This document shows, one piece after another, positions 9,328 through 19,253 of a stretch of 64,000 nucleotides of DNA. The stretch is from Planctomycetota bacterium. Lineage in GTDB: Bacteria > Planctomycetota > UBA8108 > SXIK01. The stretch spans positions 672,001 to 736,000 of the forward strand of contig OZ244999.1 of assembly GCA_965223265.1 (NCBI GenBank). Reading direction: 5' to 3'. The notes under the pieces were generated by a model that was not told the DNA's origin, did no database searches, and saw only the letters and a program-made list of their open reading frames with translations. Position 1 is the stretch's first letter. Each line of letters begins with the position of its first letter. Position numbers and translations under genes: made by a program.

Positions 9328-12300
9328 ATGAAGTTCTTACACGAAACGAAGCGAAAGACTCTGAGTAGGTCCTCGTTGCGCTCGATCCCCACGACGCTCG
9401 GACTCGTCGCTGCGATCGTGCTCGACGCTGGCATTGCCGTCGAATCAAATGCCGCCGACTCCGATGTCGTCATCAGTGAGATCCACTACCATCCCAGCTT
9501 CAGTAGCGAACGGAGTGAATACATCGAGCTTTGCAACCGCGGCTCGGAGCTCGTCGATCTCAGTGGCTGGGCGTTCACGCGGGGAATCACGTTCACCTTC
9601 GATCTGGGTGTTTTGCTTGAGCCAAAGAGCTGCCTTGTCGTCGTCGCCGATGAGGACGGTTTTCGGGCCGCGCGACCGAGACCTGATGTCCACATCGCCG
9701 GGACATATTCTGGTCGTTTGCGCAATAGCGGCGAGCGTGTCGAACTGGCGAACGCTAGTGGCGAGACGATCGAGCGATTAACCTATTCGGACACCTTTCC
9801 GTACCCGACGCTGCCGGACGGCGGTGGCCCGCCTCTCGAGCGCCGTAGCCTGGCGGCTGATAACGACCGCGCAAACAACTGGCGTGTGGGCTCACCGCAG
9901 TGGCAGTTTTACGACCTCACAGCGGCGCCAACCGAATCGACGTTGGTCCTTCGTCTTCTCGGAGCGGGAGAGGCGTTGATCGACGAGCTCTCGATGACGC
10001 TCGAAGGCGACTCGACACCGTTGATCCCCGATGGCGGCTTCGAGGCGGGAATTGAGGGCTGGGTTTTCTTCCCGGGGCATGACGATTCGCGTCATGAGAC
10101 GGAAGAGACCTATGCAGGGGAAGGAGCCTTGCGACTGACGTCGGTGGGGTCCGCTTCTCGTTCGTCGAACGCCCGTTTTTCGATTGAGCCGCCGCTGCCT
10201 GAAGGCGCCGTCGTGCGGTTGTCGTTCTGGGTGCGTTCCCTCAGCGGTGTCGGCCTCCTCGAAGTCGGAAGCCGCCGAGAGTCGTTTGGAGCGCTTGAAC
10301 TCCTCGGAAGTCCGGGGGCGCTCAATTCGGACAACCTCTCGGAGCTTCCCCCGGGAATTCTCGCAGCCCGAACAATTCCGAAGATGCCGACGTCCTCAGA
10401 GCCAGTCACCCTATTGGTCCAGGTAGAAAGTGATGCCGACGGCGCCGCTGTCGCAGCGTTGACGGCGCAGCTTCACGATGGCACGAGCACATCGGAAGTG
10501 ACGCTGGCAGACGATGGCCTGTCGGGCGACGGTGAAGCAGACGACGGCATCTGGGCTGGCGAGCTGCCGCCCCGCCCTCACGGGACGTTCGTCCGCTATC
10601 GACTTGTCGTCGAAGACGCCAACGGACTTCAAGATCAGTTCCCGATACCAGGGGAACCCACGCCGAGTCGCGCGTACTACGTAAACGACACGCCTTCCGA
10701 TTCGAATCTGCCGACGTTCGGCCTGTTCCTCTCCGCGGCGTCCCTCGAACGGCTCAACCGCACGCCAGATGTCTATCAGCCTGGCTCATTTCTTTTCGAC
10801 GGCGAAGTTTATGATCTCGCGATTGGCTTCGATGGCGAGCCGCTGCAGCCGATCAATGCTACGAGCAACAGCGGTAGATACGGCATTCGGCACCGCGGCA
10901 GCAACTCTTTAGGCAACCCTAAACGACCGTGGAAGGTCAAGTTTCCCAAGGATCACCCGTTCGAGCGCGGGGAGGATCCCGAGCGGTTCGGAACGAGTCG
11001 GCGCCGCATCAATTTCAACGCGCTTTGGACCAACAAAGACTTGATCCGTGAGGTGTTGGCGCACGTCACGTTTCAGGATCTCGGCAACACCCATTGTTAC
11101 ACCGAACACTGCCGCATCGAGCTCAACGGAGATTTCCATGGGCTCTACATGCATATCGAACAGCCCGACACGGAATTTTTGTCGCGTAACGGTCTGAACG
11201 ACGATGGCGAGCTTTGGAAATCGATCGAGGGCGGCGAGGCGAAGTCACCAGGAAACTACGAGAAAGAGACGCGCGAAGACTTAGGCCTGACAAATCTTGC
11301 CGATTTCGTCAGGGAGCTCAACCGCACGCAAAACGACACTGAGAGGCGAGAGTTCATCGACAGCCGCGTCGACGTCCCCAACTTTCGTGACTATCTTGTT
11401 GGGACGGCGCTCATCTCGAATGCCGACCATCCGCACAAGAACCACTATATGTACCACGATGTCGAGACCGGCCTGTGGACACAAACGCCGTGGGATCTCG
11501 ACTTGACCTGGGGGCAAAACCACGAGTGCGACGGCGGCTGTATAGGCGGGATGCTCCCCGAGGGAGGATCGGGTCGCGACTGCCTGCGCTGGAAGAATCA
11601 CATCCTCTTGGGGAGTCGTCGCCACCAGAAGTGCGACGGCAAGTGGAACGCGATGATCGAGGCTTTTTTCACGAGTGAAAAACATAATGGCCTCTTTCGT
11701 GACCGTGTCCTGAGCCTGTTGGAGCAGTATTTCACCGTCGCCAACCTTGAACCGATCATCGACGATTTGCGTGACGAGATCCGCGTCGACGCCGAGCTCG
11801 ATCGCGAGAAGTGGGGATCGTGGGGCGATTCGAGGACGTGGGATATCGACGAGCGAGTCGCGGAGCTGAAATGGTGGATCGATCAGCGTCGACAGTTTCT
11901 GCTCGATTCGATTCCCGCTCCACTCACCGATCTGAGTTGTGGGGTGACAGAGCAGCGCGAAATCGAGTTGACGTGGTCGGGCGATGGAGACTACCGCACC
12001 ATCTTGGTTCGCGTCGGCTCTCCCGGTGAGTGGGGAGAGCGCTTTGAGAGCTTTCGCGGCGATGCCAGATCGGAGTTGGTGCCGGTGCCTAGTTCGATGA
12101 GCGGCACCGTGGTCGTGCACGTCTCAGCGCTCGGGCGTGCGGACGTATATACACCGGAGCTTACGTGCACACTCGAGCTCGCGCCTGTGACTTTTGTTCG
12201 CGCCGACGTCACCCGAGACGGTTCCCTCGCGCTCGACGACGCCGTTGAAATGATCCGTTTCCTCTTCTCTTCGCGCGATCCTCTCCCATGTCTCGAGGCT

Positions 12301-12465
12301 GGGGACGCCAACGCGGACGCTGAGATCGATGTTTCGGATCCGATCTTCATTCTCAACCACGTCTTCGGCTCGGGTGAAGCCCCGGCGTCTCCCTACCCGA
12401 CATGCGGGCCTGTCACTGGCGCGTTCGCCTGTAGCCTCGGCGGGTTCTGCGAGAATTCTCGCTGA
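9328..12465 (+). CDS. Secreted lamin-tail-domain / CotH kinase family protein with C-terminal dockerin-like module
   Basis: VVISEIHYHP...EYIEL...VDLSGW (LTD); LADDG..GD..ADDGIW (choice-of-anchor X-like); CotH motifs RGSNS, KRPWKVKF, NADHPHKNHY, PWDLDLTWG; FVRADVTRDG...GDANAD..IDVSDP. Confidence 0.9.
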   Translation: MKFLHETKRKTLSRSSLRSIPTTLGLVAAIVLDAGIAVESNAADSDVVISEIHYHPSFSSERSEYIELCNRGSELVDLSGWAFTRGITFTFDLGVLLEPKSCLVVVADEDGFRAARPRPDVHIAGTYSGRLRNSGERVELANASGETIERLTYSDTFPYPTLPDGGGPPLERRSLAADNDRANNWRVGSPQWQFYDLTAAPTESTLVLRLLGAGEALIDELSMTLEGDSTPLIPDGGFEAGIEGWVFFPGHDDSRHETEETYAGEGALRLTSVGSASRSSNARFSIEPPLPEGAVVRLSFWVRSLSGVGLLEVGSRRESFGALELLGSPGALNSDNLSELPPGILAARTIPKMPTSSEPVTLLVQVESDADGAAVAALTAQLHDGTSTSEVTLADDGLSGDGEADDGIWAGELPPRPHGTFVRYRLVVEDANGLQDQFPIPGEPTPSRAYYVNDTPSDSNLPTFGLFLSAASLERLNRTPDVYQPGSFLFDGEVYDLAIGFDGEPLQPINATSNSGRYGIRHRGSNSLGNPKRPWKVKFPKDHPFERGEDPERFGTSRRRINFNALWTNKDLIREVLAHVTFQDLGNTHCYTEHCRIELNGDFHGLYMHIEQPDTEFLSRNGLNDDGELWKSIEGGEAKSPGNYEKETREDLGLTNLADFVRELNRTQNDTERREFIDSRVDVPNFRDYLVGTALISNADHPHKNHYMYHDVETGLWTQTPWDLDLTWGQNHECDGGCIGGMLPEGGSGRDCLRWKNHILLGSRRHQKCDGKWNAMIEAFFTSEKHNGLFRDRVLSLLEQYFTVANLEPIIDDLRDEIRVDAELDREKWGSWGDSRTWDIDERVAELKWWIDQRRQFLLDSIPAPLTDLSCGVTEQREIELTWSGDGDYRTILVRVGSPGEWGERFESFRGDARSELVPVPSSMSGTVVVHVSALGRADVYTPELTCTLELAPVTFVRADVTRDGSLALDDAVEMIRFLFSSRDPLPCLEAGDANADAEIDVSDPIFILNHVFGSGEAPASPYPTCGPVTGAFACSLGGFCENSR

Positions 12466-12548
12466 TTCACCTCGCGCCTATAGCTCCGACTTTCAACCGC
12501 CTCGAGATCACACCGCAGCAACAAACGCAACGAAGGAGAAAAACTCCC

Positions 12549-14369
12549 ATGAGGCACTCTGCCGCGATCTGGCTTGTTTTCTTTGTTCTCTCAGCGCAGC
12601 TTCGCGCTGCTGACGTCGTTGTCTCTGTCGACTCACCGATGTCACCGCCAAACTGGGCGCTGCTAGAGCGCGAGCTGCTTCGCGCGCACGTTCCTGCCTG
12701 TCAGGAGTTCTTCGGGCGCTACTTTGACGACCGCGGCTACCTTCTTTGCGTCGAGCGCTGGGGGGGGAACGACGGGCCCGACGACGCGATCGAGAACGTC
12801 AACAATTGGCCGATTCTTCATGCCCTCGGTGCAGATGATTCGATCCTGCACATGTACAAGAAGGCCTGGGAGGGCCACCTGCGCCAGTACACCGAAGCGA
12901 AGACTGTACAGGTTCCCTTCGCGCGTGATGGCATGTACTACAAGGAGTTCCCAGTCATGTTTGACTGGGTCCACAACGGCGAAGGACTCACAGTTTTTAA
13001 CTTGCAGGGGCTCTCGGATCCTCTAGATCGGAGGTTCCAGCGCCGCGTCAGGCGGTTCGCAGGTTTCTACATGAACGAAGACCCGCAGGCGCCAAACTAC
13101 GACCCCGAGCACAAGATCATCCGTAGCCTCTTCAATGGCAGCCGTGGTCCTCTTCTGCGCAAGGCGACAGGGCTCGACTGGGCTGGTGATCCGATCGAAG
13201 TGAAGGACCGGTTCAACGCCCTGCACGGCGAGGACACCTACGCGCAGTTCATCGAGCACTTCAAAGACTACAACGACATCGTCGGCGATCACCCTCAGAA
13301 CCTCGCCGCGACTTCCCTAGCGCTCAACGCCTACATGCTGACGGGCGAAGAAAAGTATAAAGCGTGGCTCCTTGAGTATGTCGATGCTTGGGTGCAGCGG
13401 GTCTACGACAACGGTGGAATCATTCCGACCAATGTCGGCCTTGACGGGGTGATTGGCAGCGCCGCTGGCGGTAAATGGTACGGCGGTGTTTACGGTTGGG
13501 GCTTCACGGTTGCGGTTCCTCAGACTCCCGGGCGCTACGACAATCGCAATACGCATGGGCTCGGGCTGACGGGGTTCGGAAACGCCTATATGCTCACAGG
13601 AGATGATCGCTACCTGCAGGTGTGGCGGCAGATGATCGACCGGATCAACTCCAACCACAAGATCGTCGACGGCAAGGTCATGTATCCTCGCATGTACGGT
13701 GACGATGGATGGTACGCCTACTCGCCTTCGAAATACTCGAGTGGCGCGTTCGAGATCTACTATTGGTCGCAAAAACCCGCCGACCGAGCGCGCGTCACAT
13801 CCGCACATCTGGACTATCTTGAAGGAAGGAACGACGGTTATCCGGAAGCGGCGCTACAGGGCGAGCTCGAGACGATCCGCCGTAAAGTGCAGGCGATGCG
13901 AGCCGATCGCACAACTCCTGATACCCGACTGGCTGACGAGCCGATGGGATACAACCCCGCGACGACCTCCGCGCTCATTCAGCTCATGCTTGGAGGCTTC
14001 CACCCCGGACATGGTGGCCGCGTGCTTCATAGTCGCTTGCGATATTTTGACCCGGTCTCGCGCCGAGCGGGAGTGCCGAGCGACGTTGGCGCGCTTGTCG
14101 AAAAGATGGACGCAGATTCCGTCACTGTCACGCTCGTGAACGTGAGTCAGACAGAGGCGCGACAGCTGGTCGTCCAAGCCGGATCGTATGCCGAACATCA
14201 ATTCGTCGGTTTGGTGCACGGGGAAGAAACGGTCGCGGTCGATGCGCCCTGTTTTACCGTGCGGCTAGCCCCGGGCTGCGGGACGCAGCTCAGCATAAAG
14301 ATGAAACGGTACGCGAATCAGCCGACCATGGCGCTGCCGTGGGACCGGGCGTGGATGTTGAGCAGGTAG
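12549..14369 (+). CDS. Secreted conserved hypothetical protein (606 aa; possible (alpha/alpha)6-barrel enzyme)
   Basis: Strong AAGGAG Shine-Dalgarno, signal peptide, aromatic-rich globular sequence (DGPDDAIEN, DWVHNGEG). Fold is a guess. Confidence 0.8.
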   Translation: MRHSAAIWLVFFVLSAQLRAADVVVSVDSPMSPPNWALLERELLRAHVPACQEFFGRYFDDRGYLLCVERWGGNDGPDDAIENVNNWPILHALGADDSILHMYKKAWEGHLRQYTEAKTVQVPFARDGMYYKEFPVMFDWVHNGEGLTVFNLQGLSDPLDRRFQRRVRRFAGFYMNEDPQAPNYDPEHKIIRSLFNGSRGPLLRKATGLDWAGDPIEVKDRFNALHGEDTYAQFIEHFKDYNDIVGDHPQNLAATSLALNAYMLTGEEKYKAWLLEYVDAWVQRVYDNGGIIPTNVGLDGVIGSAAGGKWYGGVYGWGFTVAVPQTPGRYDNRNTHGLGLTGFGNAYMLTGDDRYLQVWRQMIDRINSNHKIVDGKVMYPRMYGDDGWYAYSPSKYSSGAFEIYYWSQKPADRARVTSAHLDYLEGRNDGYPEAALQGELETIRRKVQAMRADRTTPDTRLADEPMGYNPATTSALIQLMLGGFHPGHGGRVLHSRLRYFDPVSRRAGVPSDVGALVEKMDADSVTVTLVNVSQTEARQLVVQAGSYAEHQFVGLVHGEETVAVDAPCFTVRLAPGCGTQLSIKMKRYANQPTMALPWDRAWMLSR

Positions 14370-14410
14370 CGACACCGCGCGCATGCAAAAAGTGGCGCGG
14401 ATTCAGTTCC

Positions 14411-15436
14411 TCAGCTCCCTTCCTGTCGACGCTGTTCCCGGCGGCGCGCCTTGCGGCGCAGGTACGTCGCAAGCTTTTGTTGGCGGCGTTCGAAGTCTTC
14501 GACGTAGTCGCAGAACGGACACCGTGCTTGGCGAGCGTCTTTGAGGTACGCGTAGCCGTGCACCGCACAGGTGTCGTAGCGGAACTGCACGGGGTCCCAA
14601 GAGTCGATCGCGTCGAGCGCGGCAGACACCTCAGCCATCGTTTGCGGTCGGGAGTCGGGATCACAGTCGAGGCACTGAAGAACGATTTCCTGAACGCCGA
14701 GGGGAATCTCCGTGATGATGGCCTGCGGCGGCACGACTCTGTCGAGGTCCTTGGTTGACAGCTTGACCGCGTATCGGCCAGTCAGGAGATAGTAGAGAGT
14801 GGCGCCGTACGAAAAGATGTCGGAGCGGAAGTCCGTCTCCCCGCGGTGCACCTCGGGAGCCATGAAGTTGTAGGTACCGATCACGGTGTGGCTGGCTGCT
14901 TCTGGGTCGAAGGGTTTACCGATCCCAAGGTCGGAAATCTTCGCACGTAGATTGCATGAGGGGTCGATGAGAACGTTCTCGGGGCGGAGATCGCGGTGGA
15001 GAAACTCTTGTTCGTGGAGGAAACCCAGTCCAGCGGCGATCTCGAGTGCCCAGTTGAGGAAGTGTTGCGGGTGGATGGGGCCCCGCTGGGCCACCTCACG
15101 CAAATTCGGTCCGGGAACGAACTCGAGTACCAGGAGCTGGTGCACCGTGTCGGCGTCGCGCGCCTGGACGACATTAGGGTGAGGGGGCAAGGCCACCCAG
15201 TACGCGAGCTCGCCGTCGAACAAACGCTGTGTTGCCTTGCCCTTGCGGAAGGTTTTGATCGCCTTGAAGACGTGCCGGCCGCGCGGTAAGTCCTGGCGAC
15301 ATATGTAGACAACACCGAGAAAGCCGCGGTACGCAGCTAGGACGTGATGGTCGCCCCGAATGACTTCGCCGATTGGGCTATCTTGGGCCGGAGTGTCAGT
15401 CATGTGCTCGTGCGTCGAAGCTACTGTCGCCGTCAA
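14411..15436 (-). CDS. Hanks-type Ser/Thr protein kinase with C-terminal CxxH...CxxC motif
   Basis: KAIK, HPNVV, HRDLRPENVL, KISDLG, GTYNFMAPE, SDIFSYG; C-terminal CAVH-x12-CPFC. Confidence 0.88.
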   Translation of the reverse strand: MTATVASTHEHMTDTPAQDSPIGEVIRGDHHVLAAYRGFLGVVYICRQDLPRGRHVFKAIKTFRKGKATQRLFDGELAYWVALPPHPNVVQARDADTVHQLLVLEFVPGPNLREVAQRGPIHPQHFLNWALEIAAGLGFLHEQEFLHRDLRPENVLIDPSCNLRAKISDLGIGKPFDPEAASHTVIGTYNFMAPEVHRGETDFRSDIFSYGATLYYLLTGRYAVKLSTKDLDRVVPPQAIITEIPLGVQEIVLQCLDCDPDSRPQTMAEVSAALDAIDSWDPVQFRYDTCAVHGYAYLKDARQARCPFCDYVEDFERRQQKLATYLRRKARRREQRRQEGS

Positions 15437-15671
15437 TGTTCAAGGACGCTGCAGCCTGTCTTTCTCGTGCTAGTGTCGCTTAGGAGATGTGTCGAAGCAA
15501 AGCTGAATTGGCTATATATCGCTTGCCAAAGCTTCAATCTTCGTTACGCTTTGGCTCAGTCGAGAAGCGGCTTGGTGCTTCTCTGATTGTTCCCTATCGA
15601 CACCCGCCGAGAACGTTCGTCCACTTCCACTGCGTTAGACGTCACCGCTCGTCGAGTCGATGCTGCCCTGA

Positions 15672-15830
15672 CAGCCCGTTGAAAAAGTGCTTCGAGCCGA
15701 AAACTGGTCTCTTCACGCCCAGATCGACCGCGTCAATACTCGATAATCCCGAAGATTGCCTGCGTTTGCCGCGGCCGATCTGGACGCGAAGAGACCAGTT
15801 TTCGGCTCGAAGCACTTTTTCAACAGGCTG
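15672..15830. mobile_element. MITE family A, copy 1 (long hairpin)
   Basis: 65-bp inverted arms CAGCC(C/T)GTTGAAAAAGTGCTTCGAGCC... with 5 mismatches; flanks CTGA/CTAA; second copy at 59935-60113. Confidence 0.88.
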
Positions 15831-15888
15831 CTAAGACGGAGTAGAAGCAGCTGCTCTACTGTCTCGAGTGAGGAGAAGGTCATAACCG

Positions 15889-17157
15889 GTGGCATTCGAG
15901 CAACGGCCTATGTACATCGCGGTGACTGGGGTGGGGTGTGTAACCCCGTGTGGCAACAACGTCGACGCCTCGTGGGAGGCGCTCGTCGCTGGACAATCGG
16001 GTGTAGATCGCATCACCCGATTTCCTACTGAAGGGCTCCCGGTTGGGATCGCGGCAGAGGTCCAGGGCTTCGACGCGAGCGTCTCCGGCCTCGAGCGCAA
16101 AGATGCCCGACGGCTCGCGAGCTATGTTCTCTACGCTCTCGTCGCTGCTCGCGAAGCTCTCGACCAAGCAGGCGTTCTGAACGCCGAGTTCGATCCACGG
16201 CGAGTCGGCAGCATTGTCGGCTCCGGAGTCGGTTGTTTAAGGCCCATCGAGCTTGAGGTCGACGTGCTTCGCAAGAAGGGGCCGCGGCGCGTCAATCCGC
16301 TTCTTGTTCCAAGCGGTACGCCGGAGGTCGCGCCGAGCGAGATCTGTCGACAGTACGGGTTCAAGGGGCCGTCGTTCGCGGTCTGCACAGCGTGCTCCTC
16401 GGGCAGCGATGCGATCATCGCAGGGGCGCGTTGCCTCATGGCGCGGGAGCTTGATGTGGTCGTCGTTGGCGGCACCGAGGATTGCATCTCGGAATTGTCG
16501 CTCGCTACGTTCGGCAATCTCGGGGCGCTTGCGAGTGAGCGCGAGGACCCGAAGACATCGTCGCGCCCGTTCGACAGGGACCGGAGCGGTTTTGTGATGG
16601 GGCAGGGCGCTGGGATTCTTGTTCTCGAGACGCTTGAGCACGCCGAGCAGCGGGGTGCTGAGGTGCTCGCTCTGCTCAGCGGTTACGGGCAGACGACCGA
16701 TGCCTATCATAAGACTGCACCGGACCCGTCCGGTGAGGAAGCTGCGCACGCGATGCAGATGGCGCTGGGGATGGCAGGCGTGTCGGCGGAAGAGATCGGA
16801 TACATCAACGCGCACGGGACCGGTACGCTCCAGAACGATCCCGTCGAGACTTTGGTGATTAGAAAGGCCCTCGGCAAACTAGCGGAGCGCATCCCTATCA
16901 GCTCGACGAAGTCGATGACAGGTCACATGATCGGTGCGGCGGGGGCCGTGGAAGCGATCATCGCGATTCTGGCCATGCGGTCTGGGCGGATTCCTCCGAC
17001 GATCAACCTCGACAACCCTGACCCGGCGTGCGACCTATTCTACGTACCCAATGCGGCGATCGAGGCTTCTGTCGAAACGTCGGTGTCCAACAGTTTTGGA
17101 TTCGGAGGACACAACTCCTGTCTGGTGTTTCAGTCACCGCAGTCCTTGCACCGTTGA
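15889..17157 (+). CDS. fabF: Beta-ketoacyl-ACP synthase II
   Basis: IAVTGVGCVTP, catalytic TACSSG, DAYH, INAHGTGT, KSMTGHMIGAAG, SNSFGFGGHN. Confidence 0.92.
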   Translation: MAFEQRPMYIAVTGVGCVTPCGNNVDASWEALVAGQSGVDRITRFPTEGLPVGIAAEVQGFDASVSGLERKDARRLASYVLYALVAAREALDQAGVLNAEFDPRRVGSIVGSGVGCLRPIELEVDVLRKKGPRRVNPLLVPSGTPEVAPSEICRQYGFKGPSFAVCTACSSGSDAIIAGARCLMARELDVVVVGGTEDCISELSLATFGNLGALASEREDPKTSSRPFDRDRSGFVMGQGAGILVLETLEHAEQRGAEVLALLSGYGQTTDAYHKTAPDPSGEEAAHAMQMALGMAGVSAEEIGYINAHGTGTLQNDPVETLVIRKALGKLAERIPISSTKSMTGHMIGAAGAVEAIIAILAMRSGRIPPTINLDNPDPACDLFYVPNAAIEASVETSVSNSFGFGGHNSCLVFQSPQSLHR

Positions 17158-17169
17158 GTCGTTTCCGAG

Positions 17170-18462
17170 GTGGAGAGAGGTTTGGCGCTGTACGGTACAT
17201 TGGCGATCTTCGTCAAGGAGCTACGCTCCCTGATTCGGGACCCGCACACGATCGTCCATTCCGTCCTGATTCCGCTTTTCTTGTACCCCGCGCTGCTGTG
17301 GTGTGTCATTCAGGGACTAGCATACGTCGGAGAAATCGCCGAGCGACAGGTCTCGCGTGTCAGGGTACTCGAGTCTGCTGAAGGGACCCGCGTCACGCAA
17401 GTACTCGCCGACGACGAGCGTTTTGACGTGTTGGGGGTGGGGGACGTCTCTGCCGTTTCGGACGAAGAAAGCGCCACTCTCGCACATCAGGAATTCATCC
17501 ACGACATAGCCGACGCATGGATTCTGGCGCGTCCTGCTGCCGCCGGTGACTCCGGTGGCGTCAAGAAGCCCGAGTTTGTTCTGCTCTGGACAAGTGCCCG
17601 TGATGCCTCCTTGCGAGCTAAGGAGCGGCTGGTTCGGATTCTGAACGACTACGACCGCGAGGAGCTCGCGAGATACGCGCGTGATGTAGGTGCGAAAGAG
17701 TCGTTTATCGTTCCTATCACGTCAAGTGATCGTGATCTTTCGACGGGGACGGAACGCGGCAACTATCTAGCATCGCTCATTCTGCCTCTTCTCATGTTGA
17801 TCATGATCGCCATCGGGGCACTTTACCCCGCGCTCGACGTTTCGGTCGGCGAGCGCGAGCGCGGCAGTCTCGAAACGACGCTCATTGCCCCTGTCGGACG
17901 CACTGCGACCGTCGTCGGCAAATACCTCGCGGTCGTCAGTTTTTCGCTGCTGGCCTTTTTGCTCAACTTTGTCAGCATGGCGCTCACGCTCCTTCACCTC
18001 GGCGCGTTGCTACGGACTACGGAAATCGGAATCAGTCTCTCCTCGTTCCTGATCATCTTTTGCGCTGCCCTTCTGTTGAGCGGTTTCTTTAGCGCCATCA
18101 TGATGCTGCTAGCGTTTCAAGCACGGACTTTCAAAGAAGGACAGTCCTACGTCATGTCCGTCTATATTCTTGCGGCAGTTCCGGCACTGCTCATGTCGCA
18201 GCCGGACATCGAATTCGGCGTGCGCATGGCGTGGATTCCGGTGGTGAATGTCGCGTTTCTGTTTCGCCAGGCGCTCAATGGCGCGCTCGTCTCAGAGGTC
18301 ACCTTGGTGACGCTCGGATCGACGTTTGTATACACCTCCGCAGTGATCGCACTTTCGGTTTGGTGTCTTCGCGGCACCCAACTCATAGCAGACAGTGCCG
18401 ATGCGCCACGAAGCGGATGGATCGATCGATGGTTTCAACGGCGAAAGGGGGCGTCGCGGTGA
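17170..18462 (+). CDS. ABC-2 type permease, NatB-like
   Basis: IFVKELRSLIRD, GERERGSLETTL, ARTFKEGQ; multiple TM helices. Confidence 0.88.
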   Translation: MERGLALYGTLAIFVKELRSLIRDPHTIVHSVLIPLFLYPALLWCVIQGLAYVGEIAERQVSRVRVLESAEGTRVTQVLADDERFDVLGVGDVSAVSDEESATLAHQEFIHDIADAWILARPAAAGDSGGVKKPEFVLLWTSARDASLRAKERLVRILNDYDREELARYARDVGAKESFIVPITSSDRDLSTGTERGNYLASLILPLLMLIMIAIGALYPALDVSVGERERGSLETTLIAPVGRTATVVGKYLAVVSFSLLAFLLNFVSMALTLLHLGALLRTTEIGISLSSFLIIFCAALLLSGFFSAIMMLLAFQARTFKEGQSYVMSVYILAAVPALLMSQPDIEFGVRMAWIPVVNVAFLFRQALNGALVSEVTLVTLGSTFVYTSAVIALSVWCLRGTQLIADSADAPRSGWIDRWFQRRKGASR

Positions 18463-19253
18463 GCGAAACCTCTGGTATCGAAGCTCAACATCTGCACAAG
18501 AACTTCCGCGACCCGAAGCGTGGAGAGATCGTCGCGGTCAACGACGTGAGCTTTCGTTGTGCGCCCGGCGAGATCTTTGGTTTGTTGGGACCTAACGGTG
18601 CCGGCAAGACGACGACGCTTAGGATGCTGTCGACGGTGCTCAAACCGTCTGCCGGTACCGCCTCGGTGGCTGGGTTCGATGTCGTCTCAGAGCCGCTTGC
18701 GGTGCGGCGTTCTATCGGCTTTCTGTCAGCAAACACCGGACTCTACGGGCGTTTGACAGCTCGCGAGACGCTCGAATATTTCGGCAAACTCCACGGCCTC
18801 CAAGGGGCGACCCTTCAGGCGAGATTAGACGAGTTGTTCGAGCTGTTCGGAATGAGAGATTTCACCGACGTGCGCTGCGAGAAACTATCGACCGGAATGC
18901 GTCAGAAAGTGTCGATTGCGCGGGCGATCGTTCACGATCCTTCCGTCTTGATTCTCGATGAGCCGACGCTCGGGCTCGATATCTTGGTGGCAAGCACGAT
19001 GATTAAGTTCATCGAACTGAGTCGCGAGCGGGGCAAGTGTATTCTCTTCTCGACGCACATCATGAGCGAAGTGGATCGACTTTGCGACCGAGTCGGGATC
19101 GTTCACGAAGGCCGCCTTTGCGCTGTTGGCTCGCTCGACGAATTGCGTGCGTTGACCGGCAAGCAGTACTTGGAAGAGATCTTCCTTGCGCTGGTTGCCG
19201 ATCCTAACCCAATGAGTTCGGAACCCGACGAAGAGGGGGCCGCGCGTGGTTGA
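18459..19253 (+). CDS. ABC transporter ATP-binding protein, NatA-like
   Basis: GPNGAGKTT, LSTGMRQK, ILDEPT, FSTH; GTG start overlaps the upstream TGA (GTGA). Confidence 0.92.
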   Translation: MSETSGIEAQHLHKNFRDPKRGEIVAVNDVSFRCAPGEIFGLLGPNGAGKTTTLRMLSTVLKPSAGTASVAGFDVVSEPLAVRRSIGFLSANTGLYGRLTARETLEYFGKLHGLQGATLQARLDELFELFGMRDFTDVRCEKLSTGMRQKVSIARAIVHDPSVLILDEPTLGLDILVASTMIKFIELSRERGKCILFSTHIMSEVDRLCDRVGIVHEGRLCAVGSLDELRALTGKQYLEEIFLALVADPNPMSSEPDEEGAARG

